Origin: Sulfolobales archaeon
GTDB lineage: Archaea; Thermoproteota; Thermoprotei_A; Sulfolobales; AG1
DNA: 64,000 bases
Assembly: GCA_038867615.1 (NCBI GenBank)
Contig: JAWBYA010000001.1
Span: 448,001-512,000, forward strand
Reading direction: 5' to 3'
The notes beneath the pieces are model-generated. The model did not search any database. It had not been told where the DNA came from and saw only the letters and a program-made list of their open reading frames with translations. The stretch's first letter is position 1. Each line of letters begins with the position of its first letter. Shown in pieces: positions 21,128 to 31,507 of the stretch. Made by a program: the position numbers and the translations under genes.

Positions 21128-22924
21128 TTAGCCTGAGACAATGTAATATTGAGTTGAAACATATAATGCATTTACTTTTACATCGTTTTCCGAGCGATAA
21201 TATAAGAGAGGGTAAAATGTTTCTTTATCTAATACAAGTAACTCGCCAGGTTTAATAAATCTTACAATATCTTCAGGCTCAATTTTACTACCTTTTTTAA
21301 TATTATAAAGCATGTGGTAGAATTCTGGGACGTGCTTATAGCTTTTTCCATCTAATAATGCTAAGTAATAAAGCGGATCGTTGATACCACGTACAGCACT
21401 TACTGTAGAGCGATCCGGAATAAGCTTGACGATCATCGAACTTATTGTCTGGCCATAAGCATCAGGAAACCTCGTCGTTGTAGTTCTATATTGATCTGGA
21501 GCCCAATTTACGGATAGCGATCCCGAGCTGAGCATCATTAAGGCTATCAATATTGTTAGTATTTTAACCCACATGTTCCCCTTTCTTATTAATGATATAA
21601 AGCATATAATTGCAGGAATGAGTAGACATATGTAAGCTGATACGCCCAGATACCTCGTGTCTGACCATGCTCCAAACTTATAGAAGGAAAGAAAAGCAAA
21701 TAAAAGGATGGCGCCTCCTATTATAGCAAGATATGCGGAAAGATCCTCATATGAATTTCTTTTAGACTTTTTCAAGGTTTTTAAAAGATACCAGTAAACA
21801 TATGAGGCAGCAAAGGCAACCTGGATAGAGTAGGATAGTGTAATGTATTCGTTTTCTGTCTGAAGAGCTGGTAACCTAAAACTTGCTACAGGACTCTGAA
21901 TCTGGTTCATTAATCGAAATACATAGAATTTTAGTATAAATTCAAAAATAAGCGTTAATATCCAGTATGTATATGTTATAACCACAACTAAAGTGAGAAG
22001 TTTGAAGAACATGTATATATCAGACTTTTTACCTTGCCCATTCATTGCCTTTACGACTGCTAGGAAAATCATGCTGACTAACAACGAAATTATGGCAATT
22101 ACAAGAGAAACATGTACCATAATAATTACCGCGATCAGTATTAAGAACGTATAGAGCTTTTCACGAGTAATTAAAATTCTCTCTTTTTTTAGCAAGAGGC
22201 TGAAAAGTGTTAAGCTTAGTAGAGATGCAAAGCCTTGATGCGAGATGCTCCAAAAAGCCAACATCGGGTTGGAGAGAATGAATAATGCTGACGCAACCAA
22301 TGCTAGCCTGTCTTTCTCAAATATTTTCCATATGCATATGTATAAAATAAGTGTGCCTAAAAATGGAAACAATATTGACAATATAGTGTACGCGTGATAA
22401 AGTGAGACGTTTATAAGAACACTAAGTACAGCTACTAAAATTTCAGTAATTGGCGCAGGCATGTTGTAAGTGGGCATCAAAGCAGAAGCCTGCCAAAAAT
22501 TTCCATCAATAATTATTAACTGGGCGGCTGCAAAATCTCTCCAATGATCTGAATGAACTATCGGCGTTCCCTGAGCGGAAATTATCGCAATGGACGTTAG
22601 GGCCACAATTATCAAGGGTAAAATAAAGGTGTCAAGAGAGTTAACCCTCCATGTTAATAAAACGATGGTAACGTACATAAGGATAGACTGCATAACGAAC
22701 CATGACAATGGTCTTTGACCGTATGAAATGGAACTATTTATAAAAACACCTAAAATAAGAATCAATATAAGCTTTATAAGAATAACAGCTCTACCTTTCT
22801 TCTCTTTTACATAAGAGGCCTTTTCGTCTATCTGATGTATCATAAATATTAAAATAGCCGTTACACTAATTGCTGTGATTATCAGTAATAACGTAAGGCT
22901 CATACTAAGTTTCTCAAATAACAT
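21128..22924 (-). CDS. Polytopic membrane protein, possible GT-C / glycan polymerase
   Basis: About 13 TM helices, SDHWRD loop after the early TMs, position in glycan cluster. Confidence 0.55.
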   Translation of the reverse strand: MLFEKLSMSLTLLLIITAISVTAILIFMIHQIDEKASYVKEKKGRAVILIKLILILILGVFINSSISYGQRPLSWFVMQSILMYVTIVLLTWRVNSLDTFILPLIIVALTSIAIISAQGTPIVHSDHWRDFAAAQLIIIDGNFWQASALMPTYNMPAPITEILVAVLSVLINVSLYHAYTILSILFPFLGTLILYICIWKIFEKDRLALVASALFILSNPMLAFWSISHQGFASLLSLTLFSLLLKKERILITREKLYTFLILIAVIIMVHVSLVIAIISLLVSMIFLAVVKAMNGQGKKSDIYMFFKLLTLVVVITYTYWILTLIFEFILKFYVFRLMNQIQSPVASFRLPALQTENEYITLSYSIQVAFAASYVYWYLLKTLKKSKRNSYEDLSAYLAIIGGAILLFAFLSFYKFGAWSDTRYLGVSAYICLLIPAIICFISLIRKGNMWVKILTILIALMMLSSGSLSVNWAPDQYRTTTTRFPDAYGQTISSMIVKLIPDRSTVSAVRGINDPLYYLALLDGKSYKHVPEFYHMLYNIKKGSKIEPEDIVRFIKPGELLVLDKETFYPLLYYRSENDVKVNALYVSTQYYIVSG

Positions 22925-23110
22925 TTATTAATCAAATTAATAACTTGAATTTGTATACTCACTTTTGATAGGAGTAATTCACTTATAGGTACTTCTTCTA
23001 ATGATCAAAGATAATCAATATAAAGACTCTTTAAGTTTTCTTTAAATTTAAAGCTTCTACTAATTCTAGTAATATACAATTATAGATATACTCTTAATTA
23101 TTTAACCTTA

Positions 23111-24181
23111 CTACAGATTATACAGATTTTTAACATAAATATCCACTATTTGGTTCCAGCCAGGAACTTCTGGTTTAGGTTGCTTCCTAATCTTACTTAG
23201 AAAAGCTATTATTTCCTGAGCTATGTCTTCGTTGCTCTTATAAAGTTGAGTTATTAGCGTCCTGCTCTTCTCAGAGAAGTTGAGACCCCAGGGCTCAACA
23301 ATCACAGCTGGTACTCCTATTGCATTAGCTTCATTGATTGTCAGCGCGTATGCTTCTTTAGTTGATAAGTTTGCTATGAACAATGCTCTTGACAATATTT
23401 TTATATACTCCTCGTATGGTTTAAAGGGTGACAGTTCATAATCTACTCTTAGCTTTTCGAGATGTTTGATAAGCTTTCTTTTGTGAGGGCCGTCGCCGAT
23501 TATTTTTAATTCTAGGTTAAGCCCGTGATTAATGTTCAATATTTTAATTATTCTTGCAAGCCTCTCGATGTTCTTGTACCATTCTATTCTGCCAGCATAG
23601 AGCGCGTAGTCTTCGGGCTTCCACTCTAGGCTTTTGATTTGCTCGTCAACACCATGCTCTATAACAGTGCAACCAATTTTTAAGCTTCTCCTTACTAAGT
23701 TAGCCTCATGGTTTGATACACAATGGATCACATCCACGCTCTTGATTAGTCTAGAAACTAAGCGTCTCCACAAAATCCACAGTATACTCCTAAATAACGT
23801 GTGCCCTGTACCGTGATAATGTGGAGTCAAAACTTTACGCACGCTAGAGCTCCTCAGTACCCGTAGAGAGTACATAGGTAGAATACCGTGAACGCTGTGG
23901 AGATGAATCACATCGCATTTATTCCCAATACCTAAAAGCCATCTCGCTAGCCTATTTCTCATCTTCGGGATATGATAAGCATCCCCAGGAGACCATACAG
24001 GCCATCTCACCACATGAACACCATTAACCCACTCTTCCCTGGGAACGTTGATACCGGTCTCACCACATAGCACTGTGACATTGTGTCCCTGTTTGGCAAG
24101 CCTCTCAGCCACAGACTTTACAACGTATTCGATACCGCCAACATGAGGATAGTAACGGGGTGTAAGGTAGAGGATGTTCAT
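23111..24181 (-). CDS. Glycosyltransferase family 4
   Basis: YPHVGGIE, GRIEWYKN and EAYALTINEA. Confidence 0.9.
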   Translation of the reverse strand: MNILYLTPRYYPHVGGIEYVVKSVAERLAKQGHNVTVLCGETGINVPREEWVNGVHVVRWPVWSPGDAYHIPKMRNRLARWLLGIGNKCDVIHLHSVHGILPMYSLRVLRSSSVRKVLTPHYHGTGHTLFRSILWILWRRLVSRLIKSVDVIHCVSNHEANLVRRSLKIGCTVIEHGVDEQIKSLEWKPEDYALYAGRIEWYKNIERLARIIKILNINHGLNLELKIIGDGPHKRKLIKHLEKLRVDYELSPFKPYEEYIKILSRALFIANLSTKEAYALTINEANAIGVPAVIVEPWGLNFSEKSRTLITQLYKSNEDIAQEIIAFLSKIRKQPKPEVPGWNQIVDIYVKNLYNL

Positions 24182-24254
24182 TTCTATTCAGCTTAGTTAT
24201 ATATTAAGTTACTTCATACTTCGTATTTTTAGTATTAGATATTGAGCGTTAAGA

Positions 24255-25076
24255 CTAAGAAGGCTGTCTATATGCCTTCACTACTATTATTTTTGGTCTA
24301 GCTAATATTGAGACAAAGATTCTATAAAGCGCTATAATCAATGTATAAAATTTCGGGCTAACTTTTACCCATAAATTTGCAAATGCTCTAGTTATATGAT
24401 ATTCTTTAATTTTGGTTTGGAAGCCCGATTTTTGAAGTACCTCAATAATAGGCCCGTATTTTCCGTGAATCTCGGCTGCTAGGATGTTGACGTGTTTCAG
24501 CCATTTTTTCTGCTTAAATAGTTCGTATTCTGCTCCCTCAATATCCATCTTGACTAGCACTGGGGGATCAACTTTTTCTAGAAGTTGATCGATAGTTATA
24601 ACGTCAACAACTATTGTTTCCGCTGAGGGGGTACTAGTGAGATGCGGCGATTCGCTCCATGCAGTTATCTTTAGAAAGCGTTTGCCTTGCTCAGCTCCTA
24701 CAGCTTTGCAAATTGCTTCTACACGTAAATGTTTAGCTATGATTACCTCATAATTCAATTTTATGTTATTTAATAATAAGCGGAAAGCCGCCGGATTCGG
24801 CTCTACAGCTATTATACGTGAGCCCTTACTAGCATGCCTTATCGCGTATACCGTGAATGAACCGTGATGCGCGCCGAGATCGATTATTGTATGAGCCGCA
24901 GATATCTCCTCTGGGCTGAAATAAATGTTAAAGTCACTTATGAGATTTTCTTCAAGACTACCGAAAGCGTCAGGCATAATATAGAGTCTACTGTCTCGTA
25001 CAGTTACTAGAAGATATGGAATTTTATTAAGGAACTTTATAAGATATCCGCGTAGTACCTCTAGCAATTCTAGCAA
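24255..25076 (-). CDS. FkbM family methyltransferase
   Basis: IDLGAHHG, AVEPNP and KMDIEGAE. Confidence 0.9.
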   Translation of the reverse strand: MLELLEVLRGYLIKFLNKIPYLLVTVRDSRLYIMPDAFGSLEENLISDFNIYFSPEEISAAHTIIDLGAHHGSFTVYAIRHASKGSRIIAVEPNPAAFRLLLNNIKLNYEVIIAKHLRVEAICKAVGAEQGKRFLKITAWSESPHLTSTPSAETIVVDVITIDQLLEKVDPPVLVKMDIEGAEYELFKQKKWLKHVNILAAEIHGKYGPIIEVLQKSGFQTKIKEYHITRAFANLWVKVSPKFYTLIIALYRIFVSILARPKIIVVKAYRQPS

Positions 25077-25087
25077 TCATATTGTCA

Positions 25088-26215
25088 TCAAGAGAGTAGT
25101 TTAGCTTGCTTGTTCCAGACTATCTCTTTAGACCATAGGTTTTTTAGTGTTGCGGTTAGGAGGTAAGTTTGCATTGTTACCCATATCCTATAGGGTTTTA
25201 GTATTAGTAGCGCTACTCCGAGAGCTAAAGCGGTTATGGCTATAGGTGAGCGTGCTATTAGCGCGCTTGTTGCTAGCAATGTTACTGATATAAATAATAG
25301 GAGTGGGTTTAACATGTGAAGGTAGGCTTCTATGAGGAGTATCGCCTTAAGCTCTCTCGGGGTTCTTCTCAGCTCTTTGAGTACCTTGATAAAGTGTTGT
25401 ATCAAGTGCTGAGCCCTCCTTGCTCTCCATTGGGAGTAGCTTTTGCTAGGGGCTATCTCCTCAACAAAGAGGTTTTCAGGTATTATAGCCTTATAACCCA
25501 TCAAAGCTATTCTCGTGGCTGTGTGGCTGTCGTCTGCACCAATGTCTATAGGGAAGCCGCCTAGTCTTTCTAGTAGATCTTTTCTGAAGGCTGCTAGTTC
25601 TCCGTGGAAGATTGGTGTGGAGTAGGCTTTGCTCTCAGCGATCCTCAGGGTATTATAATAATATCTATAGCTCTCCTCAATATCCCTAACCCTCGCTCCC
25701 AGAGGCTTTTTCAGACAGGATACAGCCCCGACTGTGGGGTCTGAGAACCATTTTAAAGTCTCTTTGAGAGCCTCTCTGGGCCATAGGGCGTCGGCGTCAG
25801 CTATAACTATTATTTCGCCGCTGGCGTGCTTTAAAGCGTGGTTTAATGCTTGGGCTTTTCCTCTCCTCTCAGCTTCTTCAATTAGTTTCAGGTTGAAATC
25901 TCTATGTCTAGAGATCCATTCCTTGACCAGATCGGGGGTTCCATCGTTGCTTGAGCTATCGATGACTATTACTTCGATCAGCTCTTTTGGATAGTCCTGG
26001 GTATAGATATTATCAAGCCTGCTCTGGATAAGCTTAGCCTCGTTGTATGTCGGCAATATAATGGTCGCTCTAGGCCTGTAGCTCTCATCGACCTTAATAT
26101 TCCAGGGCCTAGGCAACCATGCTCTCTTAGCATAGAGGTAATAAGCTATGGGGAATCCGAAGTGTATAGATGCTAGAGCTAACGCTGCTACATCAAATGG
26201 TGTTATGCCTAGCAT
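25088..26215 (-). CDS. Glycosyltransferase family 2 (processive-type, membrane-bound)
   Basis: LPTYNE, DAD, GADD and QWRARR. Confidence 0.9.
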   Translation of the reverse strand: MLGITPFDVAALALASIHFGFPIAYYLYAKRAWLPRPWNIKVDESYRPRATIILPTYNEAKLIQSRLDNIYTQDYPKELIEVIVIDSSSNDGTPDLVKEWISRHRDFNLKLIEEAERRGKAQALNHALKHASGEIIVIADADALWPREALKETLKWFSDPTVGAVSCLKKPLGARVRDIEESYRYYYNTLRIAESKAYSTPIFHGELAAFRKDLLERLGGFPIDIGADDSHTATRIALMGYKAIIPENLFVEEIAPSKSYSQWRARRAQHLIQHFIKVLKELRRTPRELKAILLIEAYLHMLNPLLLFISVTLLATSALIARSPIAITALALGVALLILKPYRIWVTMQTYLLTATLKNLWSKEIVWNKQAKLLS

Positions 26216-26591
26216 CTTAGAGAGTTCGATAACGATGTTCTACCCAGTAGCTAGAAAATAGGCGCTGTTGCTAATACAGCTAGCATGTAATACAAATTTC
26301 TCTTTATACCTGGAAAATGTGTCATAATATTGTGAAAGCTCTTCGAGCATCATAATCATGTCTTTAAGCCTCTGGGGCTTTTTCGTATATTCTTAGCCTC
26401 ACGAATCAAAGCGTAAGAGTATTTGCCAAGCCCTAACCCGACAGAAGGCGCTTTACCTCTTTCTTCTAGCCAGCCTTTTATATTCATAGGCCATATCCGC
26501 AATCATGTAGCCAGTTATGTGGATGTCATGCGGAGACGTACTCTTAAAAAGGCTGGCTATAGCTGGTTCTGTCAATGTGAGGAGCAAAGTT

Positions 26592-27131
26592 CTAACGTCT
26601 CTTCTCAAGTATGAAAATATAGGCTGGGGCTATTGGTAGTAGTTTCATTATGTTTAGGTGGTACACATCTACTCTTTCCTTTAATTTAAAACCCCATGCT
26701 TCAAAGAGCGTCAGTGCGTAGTTTATTGTCACTTCCATGTTTACATAGCTGTAATTGAGCATTTCGAAGATCTTAGACTGAAATCCTCTTGGCAAAAGAA
26801 ACAAAAACGGCCATTTGCTGTGAGGCTCGATCGGGTATTGAAGGTTTGGCAACTGAAGAATCACTTTTCCTCTATCCTTAAGAACTCTATGTAGTTCTCC
26901 CACATGCTTTTTCGGCCCTTGAAGATGCTCCATTAATGAGATAGAGAGAACGCAGTCGATAGAGCCTCCACGAAATGGAAGGTAGTGGGCATCAGCACAG
27001 ATCCTCTCGATATTGTATCCTCTAACATTTCTCAGTAGCTCACATTGAATATCTAACGCCACGATTAGGCGCTTCCCATCATCCAAGGCTTTGCTGAAGG
27101 TGCCTGAGCCACACCCAACATCAACTACCAC
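26592..27131 (-). CDS. Class I SAM methyltransferase (possibly 5'-damaged)
   Basis: VDVGCGSG, ADAHYLPF and MEHL. Confidence 0.8.
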   Translation of the reverse strand: MVVDVGCGSGTFSKALDDGKRLIVALDIQCELLRNVRGYNIERICADAHYLPFRGGSIDCVLSISLMEHLQGPKKHVGELHRVLKDRGKVILQLPNLQYPIEPHSKWPFLFLLPRGFQSKIFEMLNYSYVNMEVTINYALTLFEAWGFKLKERVDVYHLNIMKLLPIAPAYIFILEKRR

Positions 27132-27379
27132 TTTCGCGTTTTCAACGTATTGCCTGAAAAACCCTAGATACCTACTTTCCCTTTTTTTCGTATAATTGAA
27201 GGCGTGCTGCTAGGCTGACTATGCTTTGATAGAAAAGTTTAAAGATGTTCAAGGATGATCTTAGCTTTAGGTAGATTCAGTGTTTTTAGAACTGTGATTC
27301 TTAGCGTTAACCTTTCTGGACGCTCTTTAAGTTTGGGTCGCTTATCGGCTTTTTAGTAGCTGTAAGACTTGTGGAACTT

Positions 27380-28873
27380 CTAAGTCCTGCTCTCGTTCTT
27401 TTCGATTTTCTCTACTATTCTGTGTTCTATTCGTTTGAGCAGGATTGCTATTGTTCCTAGGGTTATGGATTGTGATGCGAAGAGTAGTAGCATTGCTCCT
27501 AGGAGTGCCCAGCCGCTATGCCAGATTCCGTGGAATGTGAGGCGGTAGATGACGAAGGCTAGTATGACCATGGCGGGGATTATGGTTGAGGCTGCGATTG
27601 CTGAGAATAGTAGGATTGGGTTGTGTTTTCTTGCGAGCTCTATGAGTGAGAGGAGTATGGCGAGGCCGTGGCGCCATGTGGATAGCTTGCTCTTACCAAT
27701 CCTGGGTCTGTATTTTATGGGGACTTCGGTTATGCTTCTCTCCATGGCTGCTTGGGCTGCGATTTCTACTTCTGTTGAGAATCCTCTTGTCGCTAGCTCG
27801 ATGTGTTTGGCGAAGTCTGTTTTTATTAGATACATGCCTGAGCATACGTCGGAGAGGTTCGTTCCGAAGAGCATGTTGAAGGCCTTCGTTATCACCCAGT
27901 TCCCAAGCCTGTGGAGGCGGCTCATATTACGCATATCCCTAGCCCCGATGACTAGTGAGTAGAGCTTTCCATGGATCAGCAGCCGCTTAATATCCCTAGG
28001 ATCATATGTGTGATCACCATCCATGACAAGGATATATGGCGTGGTCACATGCTCAACAGCTGTTTTAAGAGCACCAGTCTTCCCCGAGCTATGCTGATAT
28101 ATAACACGAACACCCTTGGACATCGCGATCCTATCAGTCCCATCCTGGGAATAGCCATCCACAACCAAGATATTATTATAACCCTCACCCCTCAACTCAT
28201 CTATAACAACACCTATAGCCCCAGCCTCATTCAAAGTAGGAATAACAACCGTAACATGATCAGGCAATATATCCCCATAACCCGTAACAGAAGATCCCCG
28301 CATAACACTCCCACCAACCCCTCCATCCATCCCCATAGCCACACTGGATCGCATAGCCTCAGAAACCCCCCAACCCCTAACAAGGCTCATGAACGCAGCT
28401 ACAAGCAATATAGAGGAAACCATCAACCCCTCCCCCGTAAATAGCGGGGCATCAAAGCTTTGGAGAACACGGAAATCCACAGGCTCTGCAACTATAGCCA
28501 GATCCGGGTCTAAGCCCATGGAAGAGCCCAGATGGATCGCGAGATCAGCCTTAACCCACAGAGCATTCCCATAAAACGGCCAAAACACCGGCGTAGCCCC
28601 TGAGAAGACATCAAGAGCAATGTGAGAAGCTAGCGAGAAGAAGGCCAGAGCAAATATACGCATCCCCCTCCTCAAAGCATGGGCTATAGCGAAAAGCGGA
28701 AGAAACAATGCTGTTAAAACCACGAGAGAGTGGGAGAAAGACCTATGAACAAGGAACAAAGCATCAAAATCAGGGATCAGAGCTAGAAGCGCTAGAAGCG
28801 AAGCCTTTTTAAGATTTAATCCCAAGAGAACCAATACCAAGAAGGGAACCGTGAAGTGTATCAAAGGCTCCAT
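27380..28873 (-). CDS. Fusion of YdjM-like membrane metal-dependent hydrolase and GT2 (Dol-P-sugar synthase-like)
   Basis: N-terminal H, PDFD, HRSFSHS, SHIALD; C-terminal IPTLNE, VDGYSQDGT, MDGDHTY and two TM helices. Confidence 0.8.
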   Translation of the reverse strand: MEPLIHFTVPFLVLVLLGLNLKKASLLALLALIPDFDALFLVHRSFSHSLVVLTALFLPLFAIAHALRRGMRIFALAFFSLASHIALDVFSGATPVFWPFYGNALWVKADLAIHLGSSMGLDPDLAIVAEPVDFRVLQSFDAPLFTGEGLMVSSILLVAAFMSLVRGWGVSEAMRSSVAMGMDGGVGGSVMRGSSVTGYGDILPDHVTVVIPTLNEAGAIGVVIDELRGEGYNNILVVDGYSQDGTDRIAMSKGVRVIYQHSSGKTGALKTAVEHVTTPYILVMDGDHTYDPRDIKRLLIHGKLYSLVIGARDMRNMSRLHRLGNWVITKAFNMLFGTNLSDVCSGMYLIKTDFAKHIELATRGFSTEVEIAAQAAMERSITEVPIKYRPRIGKSKLSTWRHGLAILLSLIELARKHNPILLFSAIAASTIIPAMVILAFVIYRLTFHGIWHSGWALLGAMLLLFASQSITLGTIAILLKRIEHRIVEKIEKNESRT

Positions 28874-29254
28874 TCTACTCCACTATACGAAACAATGCTC
28901 CAACCACCTAGGCATAGATCATAGATCCCGTGGGGTAGAGAGATCCCTGGATAAAAAGAAAACGAAGGAATCTATATACATCCAGGAACAATGAATAACA
29001 ACAGCTGACACCAGCCCCGGCTAGAGATGCTGTGAAAGCTATAAACATCCAGGCTCCCCTTAAAACCCCTTATGAATGCACAGTAATCCAGAGATACAGT
29101 ATTCTATATGGCTTCTCAAAACCCTCCCTATATAGGAGGAACTCAAGCCTAGCCCTCTCAATAGAAGACTCCGCGACTCTCCTCACAGCACTCTACCCAT
29201 GATCTCGGGGAGAGTTCTACTGACAGGCTTCCGACAGTTCTCACAACACTATTG

Positions 29255-29687
29255 TTAGCCGTAGAATCGCATTAGTGGTGGGTTGTTTAGGTACATGATG
29301 CCTAGGCATAGGATCTTCTCGGCGTTTGATAATATGTCTTTGAGGGATCCCATGCCTTTTTTGAGGAACTCTATGGATCCGTAGAATAGGGCTTTGCCCT
29401 TGAGGCCTGCGAGCTCTATCTCCAAGAATATCCTTGATAACACGTGGGCGAGGGTATGGGATCTTACGGGTTTGGGTAGCCTCCTACAGATTGTGAGGAG
29501 AGCCCTGGCCTCGAGGGCTAGCTCCCTCCAGACCCCAAGCCTTAGAGCCTTCCTAATATATTTTGTAACAACCTCGCTCGTTATAAACCTGGGTGCTAGG
29601 AGCTTTAAGAGAACCCCGCGGATACTGTTCTTCAGGTTCTCACTTACATATTGATCGGGGTCTGGAGGGATGTACGTTTCGGAACAC
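29255..29687 (-). pseudogene. Hypothetical protein with apparent +1 frameshift just after the GTG start
   Basis: The frame SETYIPPDPDQYVSENLK...LMRFYG is open but lacks a start; GTG at 29687 is one base out of frame. Confidence 0.5.
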
Positions 29688-30083
29688 CTATTCTAATTTC
29701 TGTGGGGGTATTTAAGCCTTAAACACGAAATTTTCAAAGCCACGGTATTACTGTGTATCTCGCGGAAAACAACCACTAGGCGGCTTTAACGAATTTTATA
29801 GTACCGTATTACTATTTATTGTTCGTCCCTGGATGCTCGTCCGTGTTTGCCGACGATCTTTCGGATACTGTGTCCAGGGATCTCTGCTTAGATGGCTTAA
29901 AGTGCTGTTCCACTCTATCTGGCTCGAATCTTTCTCTCGCGTCTGAATATTCTGCTTGCTTGGGTCTCTACTATATATCTGCGGTCTGAGATACCTGTTG
30001 TTTGAATCCAAAGTTTGTTCGAAGATATATTGTGATGGGTTCTAAACAGGGGTTGGAGCGATATATTGGAAGCTTTGAGGTTT

Positions 30084-30614
30084 TTATGCTGTTTGGCGTA
30101 GTTTTTCGATCTCCCATTTTCTATGTGCTGCTGTTATGAGTATGATTGTTACGTATATTGCTAGGGTTAGGGTTACGCTCCAGAGTCTTATGCCCCATGG
30201 TGTGTAGTTGAGTATCAGTCCTATTAGTGGTACTATTGCTAGTGAGAGTCCTATTGAGAGGGCTAGCCTCTCAAGGGGTTTTAGGCTGTTTTCGTCTGGG
30301 TATAGGGCTTCTATTGTTGAGTATCCCGGGAGGAATAATACATAGATTGCTCCAAGAACATATCTAGAGGGTTTTAAGGGTTCGAGCTGGAGCATCTCTG
30401 TAGATACTATGATAGCTATCGTTAGCCATGTCAATGCTAGCCCAGTCCAGAGCCATAATGTATATGGGGGTCTGAAGAGATACTCCTTGAAGCTATGTGG
30501 AGGACTCGGATCCACAAGCCTAAGCTCACCGTTAGACGCCAGCCTATAGACATCGGCTAGAACCCTAAACTTAGGACCGCCTTTCTTTCTAATGTGATCC
30601 TCTAGGGTCTCCAT
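30084..30614 (-). CDS. DUF1616 family membrane protein
   Basis: VLFLPGY...LERLALSIGLSLA...LNYTPWGI; likely start METLED. Confidence 0.8.
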   Translation of the reverse strand: METLEDHIRKKGGPKFRVLADVYRLASNGELRLVDPSPPHSFKEYLFRPPYTLWLWTGLALTWLTIAIIVSTEMLQLEPLKPSRYVLGAIYVLFLPGYSTIEALYPDENSLKPLERLALSIGLSLAIVPLIGLILNYTPWGIRLWSVTLTLAIYVTIILITAAHRKWEIEKLRQTA

Positions 30615-30615
30615 C

Positions 30616-31110
30616 TCAGCCCACCACGCTAACGTATAGATGGTTCCACCTTCCAGAATAAACCCACTCCATCCTCCCAGCATCATAGAGCCATAGCTCG
30701 AATATTAGTGCAACCTTCTCTCCGATCTTTAGCTCCTTAGGTATGGTTATTACTATTATGCGTGTCTCGTTAGCCCCATGGCTCAATACACCTCTCCACT
30801 CAGCTATCGGAGGTTGGGACGAGGGCTTCTCCTGAGTCGGCAGTGTCTCGTTAGATCCGATCTTATAGACTACACTCCAGTATATAGGTTTACCCTCATG
30901 GTTGTATACATATATGCATAGGGTCACATTATCCCCGGGGATCACCCTTTTAGGATAATCCCCGATCTTGCAGCTAGAGTCTAGAAGCCCTAGGGCTGTG
31001 AAGGGCTCCACAGAATAGTAATCCCTCAATGTTAAAGCCACCCCTAAGATCGAGGCTATAACCACTACCGCAAGTATGACGGCTAGAACCTCATCGTCTA
31101 GAAGCAACAA
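30616..31110 (-). CDS. DUF1616 C-terminal-like protein (TM plus Ig-like domain)
   Basis: EPFTALGLL...YPK...VYNHEG...HLYV. Confidence 0.65.
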   Translation of the reverse strand: MLLLDDEVLAVILAVVVIASILGVALTLRDYYSVEPFTALGLLDSSCKIGDYPKRVIPGDNVTLCIYVYNHEGKPIYWSVVYKIGSNETLPTQEKPSSQPPIAEWRGVLSHGANETRIIVITIPKELKIGEKVALIFELWLYDAGRMEWVYSGRWNHLYVSVVG

Positions 31111-31507
31111 GCCATCTCCTCCTAAAATAATACCACAGCCTTAGGTAAACCCTGGGTAGGCCGAAGTATACTATGAGGGGGAGTGAGAGGAAGGCTAGAA
31201 CCCTAACAGCTAATCCTAGATAGAACTGTACCTCTATAACCCAAGCCCTCTCCTCCAAACCCGAGATCTCAGCATTAACACCATCAACTACTCTGAGAGC
31301 CTCATCACGCTTCCCAGACTCCCACAGCCTAACCGCCTCACCCAGCCTGGCTACAATGCCATCAATATCGGTCTTCATGTTAAACCTCTCAAGCCTCGCC
31401 AGAGCCTCACCAACACGTGCATCAAAATCACCCTGGCTAACCTCAGCGTTAGCTAAGAGTGCTGTGAGGGCTAGGGTTAGGATTAAAGCTGCGATGAAGA
31501 TCTTCAA
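31091..31507 (-). CDS. Hypothetical membrane protein
   Basis: Signal/TM at both ends; overlaps operon neighbours. Confidence 0.65.
   Translation of the reverse strand: MKIFIAALILTLALTALLANAEVSQGDFDARVGEALARLERFNMKTDIDGIVARLGEAVRLWESGKRDEALRVVDGVNAEISGLEERAWVIEVQFYLGLAVRVLAFLSLPLIVYFGLPRVYLRLWYYFRRRWLVASRR

Noticed and set aside
26220-26590. Gap in the glycan cluster that may hold a gene relic (also 13410-13630 and 28880-29250)
   Set aside because: No recognisable motif could be reconstructed.
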